A model generated the notes under the pieces. The model made no database searches. It was not told the origin of the DNA and was given only the letters and a program-made list of their open reading frames with translations. From contig CM022672.1 of the NCBI GenBank assembly GCA_012295275.1, forward strand, positions 8,742,001 to 8,806,000: a stretch of 64,000 nt of DNA. The letters run 5' to 3'. The stretch comes from Chrysomallon squamiferum (taxonomy: Eukaryota; Animalia; Mollusca). This document shows, piece by piece, positions 1-15,233 of this stretch; the stretch's first letter is position 1, and every line of letters begins with the position of its first letter. Both the position numbers and the translations under genes were made by a program.

Positions 1-662
1 CTGCCCTTTATTTGTAATTTATTAATAACTTATAGCAGAAATAAATTGTAGTAATCAAGTAGTAATGGAAGTAGGCTTCCGTTTTTATGAAAGGTGCATT
101 AAGCCAATATATAATTAATAGGAAAGTGTTGGGAGATGAGAAAATTTCCACTAAGCTGTTTCCTACAATATGAATAATATGTGTATAGACATATTAAAAA
201 ACAGAGAATATTAACTGTTCTGGACTTTGTTGAAAAAAAGAAAGATAATAAAAAAGATTTATTTATTATTATCTTTCTTTTTTTTTTCTTTTTTTCTAAT
301 GAAGAAATAACAAAAAAGGCTTAAGAACAAAAGAATGTAAACAAGATAATCTACAAATATAACAGAAAAAAAGAGAATAAAAATCACTGTGCAAATATCA
401 CAAAAGGTGACATGTTTAAAGATTCATCTTCATTAAACATGTTATTTATTCCCAGTCTGAGAATATTTAATTACCAAATGGTTACTGAAATAAATCAATT
501 TGTCATACAATCAACAGCTCATTTAATCTTTCACAAGTAGGAAATATCATAGGTTATTACATTAAACTACTTTTCTTCAGATTCTTTTTTTTTTTCTTTT
601 CTCCATAGAATGTCAAAAGTAATAACAGTAGTAATAATAAACATAAAAATACATTAATGATG

Positions 663-716
<54 letters not shown>

Positions 717-787
717 TAATAAAATAAATTATAACAATATAATATAATATAATATAATATAAACTAATATAATATAATATAATATAA
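663..787. repeat. (AAT)n followed by (ATATA)n microsatellite
   Basis: Direct reading. Confidence 0.9.
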
Positions 788-1558
788 ATAAGTAAATACA
801 TAGATAAATAAATAAATAAAATTAATGTATTAAATGATCCAAACATTCAGCATAATTGCTTTTATTTTTATTTTCTTCTTATTATTATTATTATTACTCC
901 TACTATTATGGTTGTTTTTGTTGTCATTACTATTATTATAACAATTTATTTATTCATTATAATTCTGCAAGGGAAAGTGAAACAGCAATTACAAATTTTC
1001 AAATGATAAGCAAAAAATAAGAATAACTACAAATAATACTCAATAGTTTAAACCACGCTAATGTGCCAAACAACAAAATCAAGGATATTTATTAATAATG
1101 AATCCCTGTATAATTTACAATTTAGTCTTCTCAGATAATCAACACTAAATTCAATAAAACTGCAACAGTACACAGAAGTCGTAGGGCTTTTATCAAAAGC
1201 ACTGGACTGGTATCTGATAATTACGCCAATGCTCAGTTGTCTGCACTTGACTGAATATGGTAAGTAGCTTACACTTGAGAAGTTTTACGTCAGTCAAACA
1301 AAGAATGCTGGAAGCTCAACGTTTGTGACCAGCTTCATGGAAGTACACACTAAAAGTGAATTATGCTATTTGTTCATGATTATTCTGTCATTGATAATTA
1401 GGGAGGGAAAGAGTATCAGATCAGCTTAAAAATAAAAAATATATATAATAAAATAAAAAATTATGAAAATAAAAAATGGATAGAGATACAGACAGACACA
1501 GAGACAGAGAGAAAGATAATTGACAGCGAGACAGAGACAAATAAAAAGTCAGAGAAAG

Positions 1559-1660
<102 letters not shown>

Positions 1661-2635
1661 TAAATATATAGATAATTATAATAATCTACATGACTATAAT
1701 ATAAGAAATCAGCAAACAATGAATCAAGAATTGTGAGCCATCCATCGAAAGCAACCTATCAACAGACCAACCACAAGCAGCAATAATCTAACACCTGCTA
1801 TCTAGTTCAAGATATTAACTTGAGAAAAAAAAAAAAAAGTTTTTTTTACATTTGATGTCAAACAATACATTCCACAGTCCCTCTTGTATTATATGCCATG
1901 ATACTGTCTATGTAGATATGTGACTACCCCAAATCACACTGAGCAGTTTTTTGTCCACAGCCTCGTTTTCATTTCAATTGTTTGTTAATCCTCCTGTAAA
2001 GAACCAACTTCCAAAACTGGTTTTCATTATTCTTTGTGTTGTTGTTTACAAACTTGTCATATTTTTTAAAAAACATAACCTATTATAGAATCATAAAAAT
2101 GTATTAATATAAAATGTTACAGTATTAGATTTTTTAATATCTTACAAAGATATTTTTGGATAATATTTGATTCAGTTTGTTTTTATTAAGCCAATGTTTG
2201 ATTATTAATAATTGTCTTTTTGAGCCAAAAATGCATCTCACTATGGCAACTGGTTCACATGACCAGTTTCCTGAATCTTGATTGGCTAATGTCCTTTATT
2301 TAAAATAACAAATACATTCACTTTTTACAGAAAAGAAATTCCCAATTAAAAAAAAGACCCCTCAGGTTCAAGTTATTTTCAATGTAATTTCTTTATGAGG
2401 CTTTATTTAATAAGCTTTGCAATCATACTAAATTCTTAAATAAAATATTTACAGAGTTTCTTCAGCAAGAAATATCAGTCACAAGTCAGATCAGGTCCTC
2501 TACTGTTTTATCAATTAAAACAAAAGCTGAAAAATTGTAAATTAGGTGACACTTCAATTGCAATAACTTTCTTGTTAATGGTCATTAAACAGTTTGAGGA
2601 ATCATTTATGTCCAAGAATCCACATGATTGTGTTT

Positions 2636-4234
2636 ATCTTGGTTCCTAGCTTAAAATTATTTGAAGTCATGCAGAATCAGAATTATAATAAATGGATTAT
2701 TATATCTGAGTCTTTTATTTACAGTAAGTAAATGATCTTGTATTATTATTGGTTTTCTTCTGTTGTTAAGAATGAATCAGTAAATATTTGTACAGTGAAA
2801 CTATAGTATGTTTTATGTCATCAGCAATTACGCATGCTGGTGTTATGTTTGTGTATATGCAGGTATATGTTTGTAGGTTTCAGCTGTGAAAACATTGTTC
2901 TAAATGAACAACTGTTAACAAATACATGTTCAAATCTTCATTTTTATTAACATTATTAATATTTTTTTAAATAACTTCTCTGATAGTTTAAACTAAAAAT
3001 AGTAAGGAAGTCCTATTTAAATTAAACTGTTTAGCATTCTAACCCCAGAATATACTGAACCTGAATTAGTTTCCTTATATAGAGTGTTCCACTGTGTTAA
3101 CAATCACATCTAATTATCAAACACCAGGAATAAATCCATACACAGAATGTGACTTACATTCCTGTACAAAGCCAGCTCTAATTATAGTACAGACATTAAC
3201 ATTAGCATTACAGCTAATAACAAACAGCATGATACATATTCCTGTATGTATCAAGAAATATTAACATTCCAAAATAGGCAAATAATCTTACTGAAGTATT
3301 AATCTTGCGTACCTGAAATCATATTCTAGTATGAGATAAGACATAATAAAATCCCAAAACCTTCCAACAATCTTCTTGACAAATTCAACTCACCAACCAA
3401 GTGAATCTAATGGTAGGATGTGACAGCAAATATTACCAAACATTCAAATACTCTTCTTGCAGAACTAAGTTAACCATCCAAGTAGAGTAATTCTAGCATG
3501 AGAAATTATCAATCCCAAAACAATTCATTTATGGTAAATTGATCCCAATAAGGATTGCCCAAAATCAAGTTTTTTTTAATTTTGACCTTTTTGGTGGCAT
3601 CTTACTGAAGTAAAAAGTTAGTTACACATTTCTTTCCTCTTGGTAAAGCTTATTGTTCCAGTAACCAATATACATGTATCTGTAATTGTCTTAAGACCTG
3701 AACTTTATTTTTTTGGTCTTCCTTCTGGGACATTTTTGTCAACATGAAAATTCATGACCTTACTGACAGTCCTAACAGGGGACATTTTACAATAACATCT
3801 TTCTTGAAAGCTTAAGATTAACAAAAATCAATATTAAAAGCTGAGCGTGTGTAATTGTAGCTATCATTTATAATGACAAACTGAAGCAGATCCATAACAC
3901 TGAACATTTGTGTGAAGAAACTTTGATATGAATATTAAAAGAACAATAGTGTGCCAGATGTGACATTGTATTTTGCCTAGATACTTCTCTTCTTAACTGA
4001 GTATGCAAGTACTCAAACATTGGGATTTATCACTGAAATCCATCTTGGATCCTAGTCAAAAATCATTTGAAGTCATGCAGATCAGAATAAAATAAATGGA
4101 TTATTATATGTGAGTCTTTTATTTACAGTAAATAAATGATCTTGTATTATTATTGGTTTTCTTTTGTTAATAAGAATGAATCAATAAATATTTGTACAGT
4201 GAAACCACAGCATATTTTATGTCATCAGTAATTA
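2636..4234 (+). repeat. Dispersed direct duplication of ~195 bp (2636-2830 and 4042-4234)
   Basis: Both copies share atcttgg.tcctag...tttgaagtcatgcag...aaatgatcttgtattattattggttttc...aaatatttgtacagtgaaac...ttttatgtcatcag.aatta. Confidence 0.9.
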
Positions 4235-5902
4235 TGTTTTAAATATACTGTCTTTGTGTAAAGATGCTATGAAAGAAGAAACAAACCATAGTCACTACAT
4301 GGGTTAATTGTTGGTTGGCAGCAAGATATTCTTTATGCACACCTTTACACACAGAGAAAAGCTTAACTACTGATTGCCCTCAATTATTAAGACTATTGCG
4401 GTATGAATGAAATGTTATAATTTTGTCACATGATGTTTGTAATGATAAATTAACAAGCTAACAAACAAACAATGGGTTATTCTTAATAATATTTTATTTC
4501 CAAAAACAGAGCATAATATAAAAAGAACCTAAGTATAGTGAAAGCAGCAATTCTCAGAGTAAGAAATTATCTTCAAAACTGTTAGGTACGTTTTGAACTG
4601 ATCATGCAGCCCTACCATTTTACCATGAATAAAATAGCAGTGTAGAGTTAAGCCATCAGCCATCAATACTAATGTAATTGTAATAATAACAATTATTGTT
4701 ATTATAAAATATAATGTATTAACAGTACTAAATCTAGATGCCAGTTCCTATCCAGGGTTAGCTGAAGTTTTCTAAGAACCTCTACATCCTGACTCCTCTA
4801 TAACTAATCATCCAACACTGACCTAAACAGAGTCCCAGGCTACTGCTTTTAATGCCCTAGACCAAGATACCCAAATCATCAGTGGAAGAGAAAAAATAAA
4901 ATTAAAACAAACTACAAACTGAAAAAATAATAAAGCTTCACTGAACAATCTGAGAGAAGAAAAATATATAAAGACAGTTGTTTGTAAAATTTAGTTCTTC
5001 TAATTATTTCTCTCATATTATCATCAATCTGATAGTTTTCAATAATGTATTCCTAATCAGTTTATCATTAAGCAGTGAAAAAAAAAAAAAAAAGAAAAAA
5101 ACAACAACAATTAAAATCTAAATGCTTACTTCATTTACTGTTATTCACAGTGAAGTTTTGTACTTTAAATAATTAACTGCTCAGAAATAGACAAAAACAA
5201 CTAATGAATGCCAAATCATTTCATTTCCATTAATGATTTTCCCCACTATAGTAACAATTTAGGCTTTTTCTTCATTAGGTCTAGGTGCTTTTTATGTAAA
5301 TCAGAGACACCTAATCATCTTACTTCCATTAATCAAATACTGCCAGGCACTAACTGGCATGAAGGTCACCCAGCAATTAGGGTGTCTGCCAACCAGATTT
5401 CCATAAACAACTACAGTTTTAGTTTTTCTCTCTTAATAACAGTCTAGAAAATGTGTGCTTTAAAACCACCCAGTCTTGGGAAGAAGTAATCAGAAGATTT
5501 GTTAGGTTAGATTAGTAGCAGCCACACTGAGCATCATATTAACATGATAAAAACGTGATATTTAATAGATCTGGACTATTTCCACATATTAAATTCTTTA
5601 CGCAGTTTTATACATATGCAGAAAACAATAATTTGAATAATGCAGCAAGATAATTCTAAATAGGATATGAACTATTTAGAAATGGTAGTCAGAACAAGCT
5701 ATTACAAACAGGCAGCATGGCTGTAATAGTTTCCTTTTTACTGAGTGTTCCACTGTGTTAACAATCACATCTAACTATCAAACACCAGGAATAAATCCAT
5801 ACACAGAATGTGACTTACATTCCTATATAAAGCCAGCTCTAATTATAGCACAGACATTAACATTAACATTAAAGCTAATAACAAACAGCATGATACAGAT
5901 TC
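3067..5902 (+). repeat. Dispersed direct duplication of ~175 bp (3067-3240 and 5727-5902)
   Basis: Both copies share gagtgttccactgtgttaacaatcacatctaa.tatcaaacaccaggaataaatccatacacagaatgtgacttacattcct...agctaataacaaacagcatgatac. Confidence 0.9.
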
Positions 5903-7054
5903 ATATGCAACAGGAAGTATTAAAATCTCAAACAATTAAACTTACAAAACACATGAATCCAATTCTGTCATAGGACATGTTAAAATTTTGAAATATTATT
6001 TTTGAAGAATTAAAGTTGCAAACCATGTGAGGCATAATTCTTGGGAATAGAATACAGTCTTGGGATTTATTTGTAAAAAACTATTTAATTAAAACATTAA
6101 GATTAATATGTTTTTTATTTAAATATCCAAGTGATGTTTTATTAAGATATTATATATATATAAATTTAAAAAAATAAATAAACACATAACACTTTATAAA
6201 ACTTACCAGAATGAGGATAATGGATTGCCAGACTGTACATGGTTATAGATCAAGGAGTTAATATGTTTGTCTTAACCTTTTAGTTTTCAGACTCCAAGTA
6301 AATTTTAAGGTTTGGGCTTCAGTGTTAAATTTTATATTAATAATGGATATAGGATGAATTATGAAGAATAGTTATAATAAATCTGTAGCTTTTACAACTA
6401 CCCTGTATTCTGAAGAGCTGCAAGGTTTAGAATCACTGCCTTACATTCAGCTATTACTGCTGGCAGGAACAATTCCAGAACCTACTGATTTAAAGATACA
6501 AGTGTCCTGCATACTGCCCTCTCTCTCTGTTGTTAATGTTAACTGGACTGGGCTATTTCATATATATATAAGCCACAGTAACATACTACAAGCATGAAAA
6601 TAAACCAAACTGAAATAGAAATGATTTATAATTAATGGCAACATGATTAACTAATAGCTTTCCAGAGCTGCTAGCTACAAGCTGTTCTCTATTTGACCTA
6701 TTTTATTTTTACAATAATGTCCAAAATTCAAATACCTTTGTGACAAAATATGCTAGAAAATATCCTGGAAAATGTATATGTGAATACAGAAATATATATA
6801 TATATATATTCACATGTATGTTTCAAGTTTAGATCTGCATGAATGGAGTCATTGATTTTGTATTTTGTTTACAAAAGTCCTATCAGATAAACTTAAAACT
6901 AGTATCAATTTCATATCTAATCACTGTTATGGATTTATGAAAAAAACAAAACAAAAAAACCCATGAATGTTGTTTTTCATTCTAGTTCAAAGAGAATTTA
7001 ATTTGACAGCCATAACCCACAAAACAAACTAATCTAATAAAATACGACACTCAC

Positions 7055-7181
7055 CTTGTATATTGATTGCTGCAAACTTGAGTAAATGTATTTCCTATTC
7101 TAACTGATATGTGTACTATTGTAACTCACAATCCTGCACTAAAACAACTTAAATGCACCATATGTTGAGGATTCACAAGTT
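7055..7181 (-). other. Candidate non-coding (5'UTR) exon of the minus-strand gene
   Basis: Strong acceptor ttttttttctatgcag| and donor aag|gtgagt; preceded by a 95-nt intron (7276-7182) with donor ttg|gtgagt; stops in all frames. Confidence 0.45.
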
Positions 7182-7680
7182 CTGCATAGAAAAAAAAAGT
7201 GTTCTAAATGAATGCAGATGCAATCGAAAACTTGCCAAGGCAAAAGTATGAGACCCTGGACTAACAGAAGACTCACCAAGTGATATGAATGAAATACCAG
7301 TGGTTATGCTCGACTCGAGAGTGAGAATGTATCTGGCTTGTAACTACTAAATGATGAGAATATGAGTTGCAGAAGTGGAAAAGATCAATACAATACAAAT
7401 TGTGTTAGATCAATGTACACAATTACCTCACAATTCCCTGTTTAAAGAGATCAATGCATACATCTGTCAAGCCAAGCTTGTCAGACTGTGTGTAAAACTG
7501 AAACTCTACATTTTCTGTGCAGATGCCATGAAATATTGTTTTTTAACTACTTTTTTATTCATTCACCTTTCGGCATCAATCTTAAAGAAACAACGATAAA
7601 AGTCACTCTAAACCTCAGGTTTTAATATCACTATAAAGTCTGAAGAAATATTACAGTAATAAATATCGTTCTTTTTTCCT

Positions 7681-7715
<35 letters not shown>

Positions 7716-9889
7716 TATTCAGATAACAAAATTAAAAATGGAATGCAGTAGATAAGAAGCAGCTATCTTTTATTAAGTTATAATCATATTGAAAATGATT
7801 TATGCTTTTTTCTCTATGAAGATTTGCTTTTTTTTATGGTAATAAACATTTAGTTTAATGTACTGGAAAAGACAATGGCTTCAATAAACTGCCTTTTCAA
7901 ACATTTTTATGTCACAATTTTAGTTCTGCACAAAGTTACCAAGGAAGACATAAGGCCAAACTCTATCTTCTTTTCTAACAAAAACCAATAACAAGATGGT
8001 AGTTTGGGAATCAAATCAAACAGTTACATTTTGATGTTAGATATTGTTTTCCCTTTTGCCAAGAACTTTGTTTAGGATATTAAAGTTGTTTTAAAGTTGC
8101 CAATTGAGATCAATGAAAGATAACAATGAAAGACAGACTAGCTAGATATTCTATTGAATAAGGTTATAATGTACAATAAAAAGAGAGAAAGGAAAAAAAA
8201 AAAAAAAATTATAGGGTGTAATTGACTCCTGCTCTGAAGACCTGAGAATAAAATATACACAGAACCAGTGAATCATACTTTATCTATCTATGTATCTATT
8301 TGTCTGTCTGTCTATCATCTATCTGTCTATCAATTTCTTTATGAAAGAAGCTGAAGAGTCTATAGCCACAATTACTTTAACATAACTCTATTTTCAACAA
8401 ACAAATGAAAATTTCAACAACACTCTCTGTACCTTGTCTAAAGAGATTCACAAAATAAAATGAACTGACATAAATCAATAAACAAAACAAACAAATAAGA
8501 AGATGAAAAACAACTTAAAACCAATTACTTTAAATAAATAATAGAAAAATACGAAAAAGATGCACATTTCAATTAATTCTTTTTCTATAACCAATGTTAA
8601 GAAATACTAACATAAAGATAATAAAATCTTAAAAAGTCAGTATAAAAGATGAAACTGGTACTCTGTTATATCCAGTCAGCAGTATTTTTTCATAGTTTAG
8701 AATGGACAATAGATCAATTGGTGCAATTTAATATTAATAGCTATACAGAAGGTTTTATAACCAGGTGAACAACAACTGATAATCATTTAAGATTAAAAGC
8801 AGTCACTGTGAGTGAAAGAAAAGTCTTTGTTTATTTAACTGCTAGAGAGACCAATGTACTTAATTAGTGCATTGATTTAGCAATTCTAAAGACACTGATT
8901 CAAACTACTATTGATCTCCGTTTACACTGAACATTAATTTGTAAACGAATTGGCTACAGACAAAAATGAACTTTATGCAATTCCACCAAACACAACCCAT
9001 ACACCTAATTGATCTATATTGGAAAAAAAACCTCAGTGGTTATGTCAATGAAGTGCAACAGTTACCTGATGAAGAAATACAAATGTATCAGAAAATATAT
9101 TTAGATTGTTTAGTCACACATAAGTTGATATACTAAACGTTACTGCTTAACAAGGACCAAAAGAAAAAAAAAAAGAAAAAAAAAAAAATTCAGAAAACAA
9201 ATTACCTGCATTTCAAACAACAAATGTTTTTAAACTTTAACAATACACTGAAATTCATTATAAAATGTAAAAGGTATGACATTTTAACATCATTTGAGTA
9301 GGCAATGAAAAAAAACTCTAAAAAATAACACACACACACACACACACACATTATTATTATTATGAGTTTATTTTCACTTACAATTGGAAAGATTTTTTTT
9401 TTTGCAGAGAAATTTTAGTAAACTCAAGTATGCTTTAAGGTTTGAAATTAATGGCTGTTCATACTTCTTTTAATTTATATATATAAAAAAGAAAAGAAAA
9501 AAAAGGCAATTTCCAAACATGGCATTTCAAAAACAAACAGAGAAAAATTCAGAATTTCACTGTCATATAGCTTTAAAGATGATATGAGTTTCATTATATA
9601 AAAAATAATAATAACAATAAAAAATTAATAATAATTTTTTTTTTTTTTTAAATTAGAAAAAATTCCGCTGGTTTTAAAATTGGGTAGCATGAACTGAAAG
9701 TCCTTCTGTATCTGTCTACAAACACCAAATTATTATTATTATTATTATTAAGAAAATTAAAGAAATGACACAAAGGTCAAGTTATTTCCAAGCTCTGATT
9801 CAGTTACAATTGCAAGAGGTATTATAGCATGCCAAAGTTTTCCCAATGATGCCATTCTGGCAAACAGCCAAACCAATCCATCAATAAGT

Positions 9890-10365
9890 CATGTGAATGA
9901 ATATAGTTATGGATGGTTTACTGTTGATACTTGGAGAATTCTATATATGATGTGAATGAATACAGTTATGGATATTTTTATTGTTTATATCTGGAAATTT
10001 CTAGACTGCACTGAAGGATATGGTTTAGTTTTATAACTGAATAATTCTAGATAATGCTGAATGAATACTCTTGTAACTAGTTTACTGTTAAATATTAATT
10101 CTAGATAATTGTGAATAAATATCCTTATATCTAGTTTGATGCTGATATTTGAATAATTCTAGATAATGCCAAATGAATATACCCTTATAGATAATTCTAG
10201 ATAATTCGGAATAAATACAATTAAAGCTAGATTACAGCTGATATTCAGAATTCTAGATTGTTAAATAAATAGTTATAGCTGGTATTAAATAATATTTATA
10301 GCTGATGTTTTAATAATTCTAGATAATGCTGAATAAATACCCTTGATTACTGTTGATATTTAAAA
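9890..10365 (+). repeat. Degenerate ~60-bp tandem minisatellite (~8 units)
   Basis: Recurrent gaatraata...tactgttgatat...aattctagataat. Confidence 0.8.
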
Positions 10366-12974
10366 AATTCAACATGGTACATAACAAAACAATGCCATTT
10401 CTGAAACAATTCACTGACTAAAAAGCTTACCACAAATAAATCCAATACATACAAATTATTTTTATTTTTAACATTTCTGGTTTTTAACTATGCATGATCT
10501 GCTATCAAATAAAAAAGGACCAATCCAAAACTTGCTGTTGCTTTTATTATTATTATGACTGTTAGGAGACCTTTATCTTATTCCAGAGAATCATATTCGG
10601 TAGTATTTCAGTTAAGTTCAATAGAAAACATAAATACATACAAAAGATAACAAATGATTATTAAATATGAAAGATGTTGGTTAAATACAAACAATCAACA
10701 AAAGCAGCATTAACAGGTGAATATTTTTACTGATGAAATCTTTTAATGAGGAAAAACAGAGAAGGAAAAAAATAGAAATAAAGAAAGAATCAGAAGAAAA
10801 AGAAACAAAAAACTTATAATACTGTAAAATAAGAAGAAAATGGACTAGGATGAAATATCTTGAAGTAAATAATGGCTTAATGTTTAATGATATCTCAACA
10901 CTTTTTAATGCATTTTTTTAAATTTTCTTTTGTTAGTTTTGTTTTGTATAATGAAATGAAAAGAAGGCTGCAGTTATTACTCCGTTAACTGATTTTTCTT
11001 TTATCATTTAACCTCTTCACTTCTGAGATGGGTTTCATCATCTCACTATGAAATGTTTAACAATGGTAAATCAGATGACATCTAAGGATCATACTGAACT
11101 AGTGAAAACAAAACATAATACACCACAGATTCTTTTATAACTCAATATATTGTTACCACTACATGAGTCACTATAATTAGTAACAATAATAATAAGTAAT
11201 AATAATAATCATAATAATAGTAATGGTAATTGTAGTACTAAGTGGTACCAGAAGTAACATTAGTAGTAGTAGTAGTAGTAGTAGTATATCGATAATATTA
11301 ATAATAATAAAATAATTAAAAAATTCTGAAAATGTGTTAACTTTTTATTCACCTGTTAATTTTTATTAATGTTATTTTATTTTTTTTATATATTGATTTT
11401 TTTTTTTCAGTCTTTTTATTATTTTATTATTTTTTATTTTTTAAAATTTTTATTATAGCTATGGTGAAAGTACTAATTAGGACAACTATAGCAGCCACTA
11501 AACAGTTTAATAAAAACAGAATATTTTATATGCACCTTAACATATGTCATAAAGAACATATTTTAATAAGAAAAATTAATTTGAAAATTCCAATATCAGT
11601 CATTTTCATCTACTTTTTTTTTATTCAGAAAAAAAAATAATAATAATAATAATTATATCAAATATTAATAGTCTGAAAAGCACTAAAAGCACACATAAAT
11701 GAATCAAATTTGCAAAAAAAAAAAAAAAAAAAAGTAGATAAAGAACAGAAATGAAAACCCTGCTTAAACATTAATATTAATGCCATTACAATTTTGATAT
11801 CCTTACATGCATTTTAATTAATGGGACATGACAATTTGACCTAGTACACTGTGAAAAGACACCATTATATAAATTCATGTTTTAAATCTGCCAGTAACAT
11901 GTGATTAAACCTCCACTTGAAAACTGTAGTAAAATGATTTTAAAACATGGGGCTGAAACTCATCTGTAGAAGAATTACCTAAGGAACAAGTAGAGAGGAA
12001 AAAAAACTCATTTTTGGTGGACTAATTTATAAACAGGAGGACAAAAAGTGGAAGCCAGGGAATGATAAAAAGCGTTGAGAAGAGGCAGAACATATTACCA
12101 TCACCATGGCCTCTGATAATTAAACGAGTCATGAAGCACCAGCAGAGACATGAAATAATGAGAAAACAAATAGCCTTGCTCAAACATTCAGTGTTGTTTT
12201 CTAGCAATGTGTCTCAAATGAATAAATTTAAAAATACTTTAGGACAACAAAACAACAACAATAACAGCCTTAAAAGAAAACAAAACATATGGACCTTTTG
12301 CAATTACTTCCAGAAGTACACTAAAATAAAAACCTGTACTTCTTTAAATATCTACATGCTTGTAAATTGATTTAATCACTATAAATTGAATTTAATAATT
12401 AATTTGTATTTGGTCTTTATTAAGTAACTGCTAATACAAGACATTCTACTTATAAAAAGGGGCCATCTGACTATTAATTATTAAAAATTCATTTTGCATC
12501 AATTTATATCATTTCTGCATTGGTAGGCACACAGAGATTTATAACACTGGATGAATAACACATTGCCACAGAACCCATGCGGAAATTACAATCTTCACTG
12601 CAGTATCTGAATGGAGAATTCAATTATTTTTGCTTTACAAGGTGTGAAATAATAAGGCTGTTTACACCTCTTTAAGAGTCTATGGATGGAATGATGAATC
12701 ATGCGACCAAAAAAAAAAAAAAAAAAAAAAAGATTGGGGACCAAAAAACATATGTTTATATGTTTAAAAGGAAAATCAATAAACCAGAGATTGTTTGATT
12801 AATGTCAGATCCCATGAGAATATGTCATTAGTTCCACTGTTATGGAATAAACAGAATCTCAAAGATACATAATACCAAACCATATGTCACTCCTTATAAA
12901 TCTCACTTTACGTTATCACTAAGTTGGTTGTCGATACTGTGTTACAATATCAATATATAAATGGATACTTAAAA

Positions 12975-13008
<34 letters not shown>

Positions 13009-13227
13009 CTGAAAATGTCAGAGTAAAGGACAATAGTTTTGACACCGTCACCTTAGAGATTGTTTGACAGGAAAAACTTTTAAGTGAACATTACGGTTTT
13101 GTCATTGTTATCTGATTTTGTTTCGTTTTATCAGCAAATGTACAAATACATTGTGACTTTTTCTTTTCCTATATTATTTGTTATTAGTTTTTATGTATTA
13201 TCACTATTAATTATTAGATTTTGTTAG

Positions 13228-13228
<1 letters not shown>

Positions 13229-13277
<49 letters not shown>
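13229..13277. repeat. (TTA)n microsatellite
   Basis: Direct reading. Confidence 0.9.
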
Positions 13278-14738
13278 TGTTATTATTCACTATTACTATT
13301 CTTATCTTTCATTAATATTACCATTACTGTCATTATGTTGATTCATAATTAAAAACAAATAATTAAATGTCTCTGAAATAAGAAATAAATGGGCTTTTAA
13401 AAGTTTAAGTACAATATGTGTAATTTCTAAAATGTTTTAATTATTATTGTTATTGTTATTATTATACTGATTCATAATAAAAGCACACATTCAGTAATAT
13501 TCATTTCACTCGTACATTTATCACAAATGAAAATATGTAATGGTCTTGTTTGAAACAAATTTTAAATTTTAAAAAGATTATATGCAAACGTACCATATGA
13601 ATAATAATTTGTTTTAAAATAATTTTATTATATAGCATTTATTACTTATACCTTCAATTTGTTATCAAAAAGAATCAAACAGTATGAACAACTGAAGACA
13701 TGTTATGCAATACATAGTACCAACTAAAGAAACAATATTACTATGCAATAAATTATATCAACAACTAAAGAAACATTCTCACTACAGAACAAATAATAAC
13801 ATTAATTGAAGTAAAATAAAATAAAAAAATAAAAGAATATTTCAAATTTTTAAAACAATCTTAAACCACATAAGGCTTGAATGTAATGTTCTTCCTCTTT
13901 GGACCTATAAGCAGTGTCTGAGTTACTCATCTTTGAGGCTTCTTGGAAGCCATTTAAAACTCACCTGAAGCTCTTAAATTATGAACTCCTCAAAAGATGC
14001 AGGCACAAACACATTACTTTGTTTTGATGATGTTGCCTGTCTTTCTTTCTCATAATATTAATGTGTCTATTTCAAGTATGATCATATAGAAAACTAAAAG
14101 TTATATTTAATGCATTAAAAACTTTTACATTAGACCAAAATGGCATCATCCTGATATTTAATTATCATAGAGAAATGAGAGGCAAAAAACATCATGCTAC
14201 TAAAGGAGGAACTATTCTTTTAGGATTAGCTGCATAAGAACCTTCCCAGAAACTGTAAAATATGTAACAAACCCTCTGGTTAATAAATCTATCTGTATGG
14301 AGTAAGAAAATGCCAAAGATAGCAGTGTGCAGAGTTGACCCTGTTAACCTTTCAGTACTAACCACTGAACTAAATTTCCATGTTTTGAATATGTTCATGC
14401 CATAGAACTGTTTTTTACCATGTACTCTAATTATCAGATTAATTATTCACATCAGCTGTGACATTTTCACATTAGTACTTTGATAAAATAAACAAGAGTA
14501 CTGTTGACATTTTCAGGTTTTAATTCGTTCCCTGATTTACAAAAAAATTCCTTGTAGTAAATTAATTATACAACTGTAAAGCATATGTGCTATCATGTCA
14601 TTGTCTGCTGTCATATCTAGACAATTATGTACAATATTTAACAACATCAGGAAACAGAAAAAAACCTCAACTTTATGGAGCTATACAATATATTTACTGA
14701 TTACTAATTTTTTTTTTTTTTTCAATTTATTTATTTAA

Positions 14739-14783
<45 letters not shown>

Positions 14784-15196
14784 AAAAAGACAGCTCTATT
14801 AAATTTATTATTCATTTTTTTTGTCTTTTCTTCCCAGCTAAAAATAATAATATGCATTAAGTTGATTAATATAAAAAATTGTAAAACATTATGATAATAA
14901 TTTCATTTCTGAAATCCCATTCATTCTTCAAAGTGAGAAAATGCACACAACATCAAGTAAAATACTTGTTTGGAAACAAAGACACTTTATGATCTATTTT
15001 CAAGCAAACGTAATTTAGTAACTTTATTAAGAGCACACCCATCAAACCAAGTCCACTTATTTTAATTTACAGAAAAAAAACAATTAAAAATTAAAAACTC
15101 ATGTCAATAACATTGATCAATATTCCATCAGCTGCACTAACAGTATTTCAATTAAAAATAATAAAGTGATGAAATAACTCTAAGAATAAAACTAAC

Positions 15197-15233
<37 letters not shown>

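Noticed and set aside
613-846. Poly-Leu/Ile ORF, and similar ORFs at 39795-40043, 32732-32932 and 19222-19509
   Set aside because: Translations of microsatellites.
5305-5390. Imperfect inverted repeats (agacacctaat / attagggtgtct; tgccag / ctggca) as a miRNA-like hairpin
   Set aside because: Stems are short and separated by large asymmetric unpaired regions.
9890-10365. Regularly spaced repeats resembling a CRISPR array (also 57105-57440 and 37383-37598)
   Set aside because: Eukaryotic context, whole units degenerate with no unique spacers, and no cas genes; these are minisatellites.
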